Origin: Methanomassiliicoccales archaeon
GTDB lineage: Archaea > Thermoplasmatota > Thermoplasmata > Methanomassiliicoccales > UBA472
Assembly (NCBI GenBank): GCA_040765825.1
Contig: JAXGRO010000006.1
Span: forward strand, 4,203-68,202
Length of the DNA stretch: 64,000 bases
Direction of reading: 5' to 3'
Position numbers and translations under genes: made by a program. Of the stretch, positions 43,813 through 50,806 are shown in pieces; the stretch's first letter is position 1, and every line of letters starts with the position of its first letter. The notes beneath the pieces were generated by a model. That model did not search any database. It was not told where the DNA came from and saw nothing but the letters and a program-made list of their open reading frames with translations.

Positions 43813-45962
43813 TTCTGATCCCCCTTGATCGTGACCAGGGCGTCCACCGCCGTCACTCCCGTTCCCTCGTCGCCCACCATCACCGGGTTCATCTCCAGCT
43901 CCTCCATCTCCGGGAAGTCCATGGACAGCTGGGAGATCTTCAGGATGACCTCCACCAGCCCCGGGATGTCGCCAGGCCGCCGTCCCCGGGCCCCGGTGAG
44001 CGTCGGGTAGGCCTTTATGGAGCGCACCATGCGCTCCACCTCCTCGCGGTCCAGGGGGGCGATCCCCTGGGTGACGTCCTTCAGGATCTCCACGAATATG
44101 CCGCCCAGGCCGAAGGTTATCACCGGCCCGAACTGGTCGTCGCGGACCATTCCGACGATGACCTCGCGGCCCTTGACCATCTTCTGTATGGAGACCCCGG
44201 TTATCCTGGCCCGGGGCAGCTTCTCCCGGACCTTGTTCAGCATGACCTCGTAGGAGCGTTCCAGCTCCTCCGTGGAATCGATGTTCAGCACCACCCCGCC
44301 CACATCGGTCTTGTGGGCTATGTCCGGCGATTCGACCTTCATGACCACCGGGTAGCCGATGGTCTCCGCCAGGTCCACGGCCCGGCGCAGGTCCCGGGCG
44401 ATGCCCTCCTGGGGAATGGAGATCCCGTAGGCCTTCAGTATGCCCTTGCCCTCGGCCTCGCTGAGCTGCAGACGGCCCTCCGAGCGGACGTGGGCCATGA
44501 TGTCCAGCACGGACTGGCGGTCCACCGGGTACTCCGGGACCGGCTGCGGTTCCGGACGGCCCAGGGAGCGTCGGTGCTCCACCATGGCCGCCAGGGCCCT
44601 GATGCCGCGGTCGGGCGAGGGATAGTTCGGGATCCCCGCGGCCTTGAGCATCTCGATGGGGGCGGCCATCTCCTTGCCCCCGACGAACGATGTGACTATG
44701 GGCTTGGGAGAGGAGCCGGCAAAGGCCGTGAGCGTGCGGGCGATGGTGGAGACGTCCACCAGGTCCGTGGGCGCCAGCAGCGCCACCACGCAGGCCACGT
44801 TCGGATCGTCCATCACCGTGCGGATGGCGTGGTCGTAGCGCTCGGAATCGGCGTCCCCCACCACGTCTATGGGGTTATACAGGCTGGCCGCCGGAGGCAG
44901 CCTCTCCTTCAGCCTCTGGATGGTGGATGGCTCGAAGCTCGCCAGCGGCAGCCCGTTGTCGGCGCAGGCGTCCGCGGCCATGACCCCGAGGCCGCCGGCG
45001 TTGGTGACTATGGCCACGCCCTCCCCCTGGGGCAGCGGCATGCTGGAGAAGGCCTGCAGCAGGTCGAACATCTCCTCGATGTTCTTGACCCGGACCACTC
45101 CGGCCTGCTTCATGGCCGCCTCGTACACCTGGTCGCTGCCGGACATGGCTCCGGTGTGCGAGGATGCGGCCTTCGCGCCGCTGCTGGTCCTCCCGGCCTT
45201 CAGCGCGATGACCGGCTTCACCTTGGTGGTGAGCTCGGCCTGGCGCAGGAACTCCCGTCCGCGGTCCGCACCCTCGATGTACATGCCGATCACCGAGGTC
45301 CTGGGGTCCCCGCGCAGGTACTCCAGCAGATGCCCCTCGTCCACATCCAGCTTGTTGCCGACGCTGATGAACTTCGAGAAGCCTATGTTTATGTTGGCCG
45401 CCCAGTCCAATACCACCACGCATATGGCCCCGGACTGCGACGATATGGCGATGTTCCCCGGACGGGGGGCCTCCTTGGCGAAGGTGGCGTTCATGCTGTG
45501 GTGGGTGTTCACCAGGCCCAGGCAGTTGGGTCCCAGGACCCGCATCCCGTAGCGGTGGGCGATCTCCCCCAGCCTCTTCTCCAGCTGGGCGCCCTCCAGC
45601 CCCACCTCCTTGAAGCCGGCGCTGATGACGATGGCCGCCTTGACCCCCTTATCCCCGCACTCCTCCATGACCTGCAGGACGAACTTGGCCGGGACCACCA
45701 CCACGGCCATCTCCACCTCCCCGGGGACGTCCTTCACGCTGGGGTAGCATTTTCTGCCCAGCACCTCCGTGTAGCGGGGATTCACCGGATAGATCGGGCC
45801 CAGGAAGCCGGAATCGATGATGTTCCTCAGAATAATGAAGCCCACCTTGTTGCCGTCGGCGGTCGCGCCGATGACCGCCACGCTGGCCGGTTCGAAGAGC
45901 TCTCGCATCCGGACTGGTAATGGCTGGGCGGCGGTCATATCCTTTGCGGTGCGCATCGTCAT
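43809..45962 (-). CDS. acd: Acetyl-CoA synthetase (ADP-forming), fused alpha-beta form (NDP-forming acyl-CoA synthetase superfamily)
   Basis: CoA-binding N-terminus (SVAVIGAT...VGF), a phosphohistidine loop (ASSHTGAMSGSD) and a C-terminal ATP-grasp domain. 717 aa. Confidence 0.85.
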   Translation of the reverse strand: MTMRTAKDMTAAQPLPVRMRELFEPASVAVIGATADGNKVGFIILRNIIDSGFLGPIYPVNPRYTEVLGRKCYPSVKDVPGEVEMAVVVVPAKFVLQVMEECGDKGVKAAIVISAGFKEVGLEGAQLEKRLGEIAHRYGMRVLGPNCLGLVNTHHSMNATFAKEAPRPGNIAISSQSGAICVVVLDWAANINIGFSKFISVGNKLDVDEGHLLEYLRGDPRTSVIGMYIEGADRGREFLRQAELTTKVKPVIALKAGRTSSGAKAASSHTGAMSGSDQVYEAAMKQAGVVRVKNIEEMFDLLQAFSSMPLPQGEGVAIVTNAGGLGVMAADACADNGLPLASFEPSTIQRLKERLPPAASLYNPIDVVGDADSERYDHAIRTVMDDPNVACVVALLAPTDLVDVSTIARTLTAFAGSSPKPIVTSFVGGKEMAAPIEMLKAAGIPNYPSPDRGIRALAAMVEHRRSLGRPEPQPVPEYPVDRQSVLDIMAHVRSEGRLQLSEAEGKGILKAYGISIPQEGIARDLRRAVDLAETIGYPVVMKVESPDIAHKTDVGGVVLNIDSTEELERSYEVMLNKVREKLPRARITGVSIQKMVKGREVIVGMVRDDQFGPVITFGLGGIFVEILKDVTQGIAPLDREEVERMVRSIKAYPTLTGARGRRPGDIPGLVEVILKISQLSMDFPEMEELEMNPVMVGDEGTGVTAVDALVTIKGDQK

Positions 45963-46067
45963 TCAGCACAAGGTTAATAAGTCAGGGCGTTCGTGGAGTC
46001 TCCGCCGCCAGTAAAAATGAGGGTGACCGTGATCCCTACAATAATCTGGCGGTGCACAGTGCGCCGA

Positions 46068-46258
46068 TAGGTCCCTGCAGGAACAACGATGCGACATCGC
46101 GTGATGACTGGAGGACAACCCCGGGGCACGACAACGAACCCCCTGCCCGGGTCAGTGCGGGGAGCGCGGTCCGCCGCGGCCGTGAACCGATCTGTTAGGG
46201 CGGGGGGCACACCCGGGGCCTTCGGCGAACGGTTGTTCGCTGAGGACCTGCATTTTTT
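46068..46258 (+). ncRNA. Candidate structured small RNA (rod-like nested helices, UNCG-capped hairpin, T6 terminator); identity unknown
   Basis: Four nested pairings: 46068-74 with 46244-50; 46081-87 (GAACAAC) with 46232-38 (GTTGTTC); 46119-25 with 46212-18; 46139-48 (CCCCCTGCCC) with 46198-207 (GGGCGGGGGG). The apical hairpin is CGCGG-UCCG-CCGCG (46165-78), and a T6 run lies at 46253-58. There is no credible ORF. Strand is inferred only from the T-run. Confidence 0.3.
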
Positions 46259-46338
46259 GGCTACGCAATTCACCGCTCCACGAACGGGACCAGGTGCTGC
46301 AACCCATCTTCACATGAGCATGCAATGCCTCCGTTCCA

Positions 46339-47316
46339 TCATTTCAGGAACACGCTGCCCGCGCTCCTGTCCTGCACCCAGTCGTCCTCGGTGCTGGCGG
46401 TGGCCTTGACCGTGATCATGTCCTCGATCCGGGTGTCGGCAAGGTCGGCCATGGCCAGGGCCTGGGCCTCCGGGAACATGGGGACCTTCGGAGAGCCATA
46501 CTCGACGGTCCCGTGGCTGGACAGCACCATGTGCTGCACCTTCAAGCTCAGTTCAGGGGGGAAATCCCCCAGCAGCCGGCAGGCGTCGTTCACCATGCCG
46601 GCCCCGATGACCAGATGCCCCACCAGCCGTCCGTCGTCGGTGGCGCCGATGATGCTGGTGACCGCGTACTCGCGCAGCTTGCCGATGTCGTGCAGCACCG
46701 CTCCGGTCACCAGCAGGTCGCGGTCCAGTCCGGGGTACTGTTGCGCGAAGAACTCGCACAGCTTGGTCACCCGCAGCGTGTGCTCCAGCAGCCCGCCTAT
46801 CCAGTTGGCGTGATGGGTGATGGAGGCCGGGCAGGAGCAGAACTGCCTTACGAACTCCTCGTCCCCGAAGAAGGACTCCAGCAGCTGTCTGAGGTGCGCA
46901 TCGCTGACCTTCCTGATGGCGGTGAAGAGCTGCGAGCGCATCTGCTCGACGTCCTCCTTGGTGGAGGCCACGAAGTCCGCGATATCGTACTCCCCCTCCC
47001 CGAGCGCCTCCACCGAGTCGCCCGAGGTGGGGTTCACGTGGACCTCCAGGGCGTTGTTGTACTCGGTGACCTTCCCCTTGACATGGACCACCGATCCCTT
47101 GGCCATGGTGTCGAAGAGCGCCCTCACCTTCCTCTCGTCCCGCTCGCCCCAGTACTTCACGGCCATGTCGCCACCGGAATCGGAGACCCAGAGCTGGAAG
47201 CTGTATCCGTTCTTGTACGCGGAGACCGGCTTCTTGAAGCGCACCGCGAACAGGTCATCCACCGCCCCTCCGGCCTTGAGCTCGTTGATCCTTATGGTCT
47301 TCTTCATCTCCATCAT
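46339..47316 (-). CDS. OB-fold + HD-domain phosphohydrolase (YhaM-like 3'-5' exoribonuclease family)
   Basis: N-terminal OB-like domain (FAVRFKK......YSFQLWVSD..G...VKYW), then an HD domain (HHANWIGGLLEHTL, AVLHDIGK, HLV.G). Confidence 0.7.
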   Translation of the reverse strand: MMEMKKTIRINELKAGGAVDDLFAVRFKKPVSAYKNGYSFQLWVSDSGGDMAVKYWGERDERKVRALFDTMAKGSVVHVKGKVTEYNNALEVHVNPTSGDSVEALGEGEYDIADFVASTKEDVEQMRSQLFTAIRKVSDAHLRQLLESFFGDEEFVRQFCSCPASITHHANWIGGLLEHTLRVTKLCEFFAQQYPGLDRDLLVTGAVLHDIGKLREYAVTSIIGATDDGRLVGHLVIGAGMVNDACRLLGDFPPELSLKVQHMVLSSHGTVEYGSPKVPMFPEAQALAMADLADTRIEDMITVKATASTEDDWVQDRSAGSVFLK

Positions 47317-47357
47317 CCCCGGTTTGGTCTTGCGTCCTTAAAAGAATTCTGCCCGCC

Positions 47358-48092
47358 TCATCGAAACTGAGGGTCGGCGACCACCTTCCTCAGCCACCTC
47401 TCCGCCTCCTCGTGGTGCGGATGCAGGGCCTCCCGCTCCCGGAACTCCCGGTCGTGATAGGAACCGCAGCGCAGTCCGTTCTCCTGGTGCAGGAGCTCGT
47501 GGTACAGCACGTAGCCGGGAACGTACGAGGGTATGTCCTTGCGGTCCAGTGCCCTGCTCACCACCACCACGCGCATGATCACGCTGCAGTAGCCCACCCT
47601 CTGACGGTTGTTCCCCCTGGTCCAGGTGATGTACGAGTGCGGCGTCCTGCGTACCAATCCCATGTCCCATAGGTCCTGCTGTAGCGCCTCCAGGTCGTGG
47701 GCGCCGCCCTTGGGGGTGTAGGCCAGGTTCCGGCTGCGCCTCAGGTAGAGGGGCTGGTTCCTGATTATGAACTCCGGGCTCAGGAAGTGCCTCTTAAGCC
47801 GTTCCGAGTACACGTCCCGGGGGCCTCCCCGTCCGAACCTGCCGAAGATCCCACGGGCCAGGTCGGTGATGAGGTCCGCCCCGGAATCCATCATGTAGTC
47901 GGTTATGTGCAGCTCCGCGCTGGCGGCGCACCGCTTCCAGGTGGCCTTGAACTCCTTGAACCGCTCCCAGCTGGCCTGCACCTCCGTGAAGCCGTGCTCC
48001 CCGCCCACCCTGGCGAAGCACTCCTGCAGAAGCCGTTCCCTGTCACCCATGCCGCTGGCACCCCAGTAGGATACGTCCGTCATCCATGTCAC
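47358..48092 (-). CDS. DUF45/SprT-like zincin metallohydrolase (HExxH)
   Basis: ITWTRGNNRQRVGYCSVIMRVVVVSRAL....PSYV.GYVLYHELLHQ....H..EF......P.......WL matches the YgjP/DUF45 (and SprT-like) pattern. The start could be the ATG at 48050, which would reduce the overlap with the upstream gene. Confidence 0.6.
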   Translation of the reverse strand: MTWMTDVSYWGASGMGDRERLLQECFARVGGEHGFTEVQASWERFKEFKATWKRCAASAELHITDYMMDSGADLITDLARGIFGRFGRGGPRDVYSERLKRHFLSPEFIIRNQPLYLRRSRNLAYTPKGGAHDLEALQQDLWDMGLVRRTPHSYITWTRGNNRQRVGYCSVIMRVVVVSRALDRKDIPSYVPGYVLYHELLHQENGLRCGSYHDREFREREALHPHHEEAERWLRKVVADPQFR

Positions 48093-48729
48093 CTACCATC
48101 AGAGTGGTTCGGCCGTGATTTAACCAGTGGGAGTAGATGCAGGCTGCGCAGACCCAGGCGTCCAGTATGTCCTCCAGGGCCTTGTCCGGCGACCCGGCGA
48201 GAAGAGCGGAGGGCGCCTCCAGGGCCGGTTCCCAGCCGGTGATGAGTTCGACCACCTGCCTGCGGCCTTCGGCGCGATGGGGCGGTGCACCCTTCTTGTA
48301 GTCCGGGCGGCGCCCTCCAGAGAGCAGGTGCAGGGTGCCGTGCGGGAAGGCCTCGAATATCAGCCTTCCCCGTTCCCCTCCCTTCTCGGCGGTACGGTAC
48401 CCCAGGTCCGAGAGCTTATCGACCATCACCTCGCCCCTGCTCCCCCCGAACCGGGCCAGGAAGCGGCGGTTGGTCGGCAGCACCCTGATCCCCAGGCCCC
48501 TCAGGGCCCGTTCGCAGGAGCGCAGCCCGGTCTCGTTCGGGACCTTCAGGGAGGCGTCTATGGCCACCCAGGCCTCGCCCGCTCTGGCCACGGCGTCCAG
48601 TATGTCCTGGTCGGAGGTCATGGTCCGGGCTACCTCCACCTTCCCGCCATCGTCCAGCTGGCAGAACCCGGTCCCCTCCTCCCTGGGAGGGTCCATCCTC
48701 CAGCCCAGGTCCACCCCTATGAATCGCAC
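48043..48729 (-). CDS. DUF429-like protein (predicted RNase H-fold nuclease)
   Basis: From GTG at 48729 the protein starts VRFIGVDLGW.., the typical DUF429 N-terminal strand with an acidic residue. Later WVAIDASL. The ORF-track ATG at 48795 adds an AT-rich, promoter-like extension. Confidence 0.5.
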   Translation of the reverse strand: MRFIGVDLGWRMDPPREEGTGFCQLDDGGKVEVARTMTSDQDILDAVARAGEAWVAIDASLKVPNETGLRSCERALRGLGIRVLPTNRRFLARFGGSRGEVMVDKLSDLGYRTAEKGGERGRLIFEAFPHGTLHLLSGGRRPDYKKGAPPHRAEGRRQVVELITGWEPALEAPSALLAGSPDKALEDILDAWVCAACIYSHWLNHGRTTLMVGDMDDGRILLGCQRHG

Positions 48730-48832
48730 ATCACCGCATGGCCTCCCGCGGATATCAATCCTGAGGTGAATAATGAAAATTAGATAATTTGCCATAGATT
48801 TATGTAGTCTGGAGTCCCATTACTTTCACCGG

Positions 48833-49801
48833 ATGGGAAACGGTTGCTTTTCGAGGGACGACCGAGACAAGCACCTCATTACCAGAGGCAATGTTGACGG
48901 CATCGTTTCTGCGGCCATATTTCTGAACCGATTCCCCAATGCCAGGGTCACCTTCGTAACCTCGCCCACCGCCGGAGCCAGGGTACTGGCCGCGGACACC
49001 TCGTCCTCGGATATCTTCATGGTGGACCTGGCCCCCGTTCCGGAGATGGTGCAGGCGGTGCGCGACCTCCGTTCCAGCCAGCAGCTCACCCTGGTGGACC
49101 ACCACCCCACCTCCCTGGCCGTGGAATGCTCCACCCTGGTGGAGGAGGGGGTGAGCGCGGCCAACGTGCTCTACCATCACCTTCGCCCGGACCCCTCCCT
49201 GCGCAAGCTGGTGGCGGTGGCCGACCTGGTGGAGTACATGCCCACCTCCCTGCTGGAGCAGGAGATGAGGAGGCATGGGAGGGAGAGGGTGGACCAGGAA
49301 TCCATGGTCCTGGACTTCTCCTGGCGGCTCATGATCGATGACGACCGGTTCCGCTACCATGCCGCCCGGCAGCTGTCCCTGGGCTCGTGGCCTTCCGAGG
49401 TGGACTCGGTGAAGAGGCGGTACATGCAGGTGGTGAACGAGAAGAGGTGGCCCCGGGCCCTGGCCAAGGTGGAGAGCTGCCTGAAGGTGAGGGGGCCCCT
49501 GGGGATAATGGACGAGATGGACCGCAACCGCACCCTTTTCGGATTCGGAACCCGGGCCCTGGTGGAGGTGGCCCACCGCCGCGGATGCGGGTACGCGGTG
49601 ATGATCAATCCCCGGGGCAGGTACTCCTCGGTGTCCGTGCGGGGCATCTCGAGGGAGGGCGTGGACCTGGGCCGCTTCGTGGAGGACTTCACCAGCGCGA
49701 ACGGGGTGGACGGGGGAGGGCACCCCCAGGCCGCCGGGGCGCGCATACCGACCGGAAGCGGGGAGCTTTTCCTGGACCGCCTGCTGGAGCGGGTGTCCTG
49801 A
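48833..49801 (+). CDS. DHH/DHHA1-family phosphoesterase (NrnA/RecJ-like)
   Basis: Motifs GNVDGIVSA (I), FMVDL (II), LVDHHP (III, DHH) and the C-terminal GGGHPQAAGA (DHHA1). Confidence 0.7.
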   Translation: MGNGCFSRDDRDKHLITRGNVDGIVSAAIFLNRFPNARVTFVTSPTAGARVLAADTSSSDIFMVDLAPVPEMVQAVRDLRSSQQLTLVDHHPTSLAVECSTLVEEGVSAANVLYHHLRPDPSLRKLVAVADLVEYMPTSLLEQEMRRHGRERVDQESMVLDFSWRLMIDDDRFRYHAARQLSLGSWPSEVDSVKRRYMQVVNEKRWPRALAKVESCLKVRGPLGIMDEMDRNRTLFGFGTRALVEVAHRRGCGYAVMINPRGRYSSVSVRGISREGVDLGRFVEDFTSANGVDGGGHPQAAGARIPTGSGELFLDRLLERVS

Positions 49802-50263
49802 TCACTTCAGGCTGAAGTTCTTCCTGAACATGACCATCAGCATGATCACGCATATCTGGATGGCGATCACCGAGAGCACTATGGCCAGTATGGGCAGCAG
49901 GGCGTCCACGCTCTCCTTGGCCGGGACGGTCACGGAAAGGGAGTTGCTGGGAGCGCTCTCGTTGCCCCCTTCCAGGGCCGTGATATGATATGTGAAGGTG
50001 ACACCGTCCTCCAGTCCCCCGTCGTGATAGGAGGTGAAGGGAGCGGACACGTTGGCCAGCAGGGTCATCCCGGAGGGGCTGCCCCGATAGACGTTATAGC
50101 TTTCAGCCCCTGGAACGGGCTGCCAGCCCAGGTCCACGTAGTCCCGTCCCACCTCGGCCTGCAGCGCCCCCGGCGGGGACGTATCGGCAATGACCGAAGG
50201 GAACGTCAGGAGCAGGGCTATGATCGCTAGCGGCAGCAGATAGGCGAACTTGCGGACGGACAT
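49802..50263 (-). CDS. Secreted, C-terminally membrane-anchored fibronectin type III domain protein
   Basis: Signal-like N-terminus (MSVRKFAYLLPLAIIALLL), an FN3-like core (VDLGWQPVPGAESYNVYRG...TSYHD.GLEDGVTFTYHITA) and a C-terminal TM helix. Confidence 0.6.
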   Translation of the reverse strand: MSVRKFAYLLPLAIIALLLTFPSVIADTSPPGALQAEVGRDYVDLGWQPVPGAESYNVYRGSPSGMTLLANVSAPFTSYHDGGLEDGVTFTYHITALEGGNESAPSNSLSVTVPAKESVDALLPILAIVLSVIAIQICVIMLMVMFRKNFSLK

Positions 50264-50312
50264 GGCGGTTTCCCGCACGCTCCATGCCCCGGGCACCATT
50301 AAAATCTTGGCA

Positions 50313-50750
50313 TCAGGAAAGGCGCTTGCGCATGACCAGGTTGTTCCCGTTGCGGTGGGCCAGGTCGTACCCCTGATAGTAGTAGAACTCTATGGCCCTC
50401 TCGTTGGTGAACTGCACGCACAGCTCCACCTCGGCCTTGCCGTGCTGCATGGCCTTCTGCTCGATCATGTCCATCATCGCAGAGCCCAGCCCCATCCCCT
50501 GGCGGTCCCGGCGCACCTGGAAGGAGGAGATGAACATGTACTCGTCGATGTCCTCCACGCAGAAGTAGGCCATTATGCCCTCATCGTCCTCCAGGACGGT
50601 GGTCTCCACCCTCTGGTCCAGCAGGAGCTCCAGCAGCTTCTCGTCCTTCCACTCCTCGCCCCAGGAGGAGAGGATGATGCCGGCCATGTTCTCACGGCTC
50701 ATGCTCACGAGCTCGGGAAGGTCGGTCCTCTGCAGGCAGCGGCAGCGCAT
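50313..50750 (-). CDS. GNAT-family N-acetyltransferase
   Basis: 145 aa with the acetyl-CoA-binding motif VRRDRQGMGLGSAMM and FY...GY near the C-terminus. The internal ATG at 50750 was chosen. Confidence 0.75.
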   Translation of the reverse strand: MRCRCLQRTDLPELVSMSRENMAGIILSSWGEEWKDEKLLELLLDQRVETTVLEDDEGIMAYFCVEDIDEYMFISSFQVRRDRQGMGLGSAMMDMIEQKAMQHGKAEVELCVQFTNERAIEFYYYQGYDLAHRNGNNLVMRKRLS

Positions 50751-50773
50751 CGGACCTGGAGGCCCATGCGAAT

Positions 50774-50780
50774 AAAAAAA
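50774..50780 (-). terminator. Oligo-T run downstream of the P-type ATPase gene
   Basis: T7 on the minus strand (A7 at 50774-50780), about 27 nt after the stop at 50807. This is the archaeal intrinsic terminator type. Confidence 0.4.
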
Positions 50781-50806
50781 GGTGATTGAAAGAGGTTTGG
50801 CCCTTC

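Noticed and set aside
45963-46338. SRP (7S) RNA or RNase P RNA in the acd / OB-HD spacer
   Set aside because: The rod-like nested pairing prompted the idea. However, I could not find the helix-8 GNAR-loop/AGCA motifs of SRP RNA or the GAAAGUCC / P4 elements of RNase P RNA on either strand. The paired region (about 190 nt) is also short for archaeal SRP RNA. It is kept only as an unclassified candidate.
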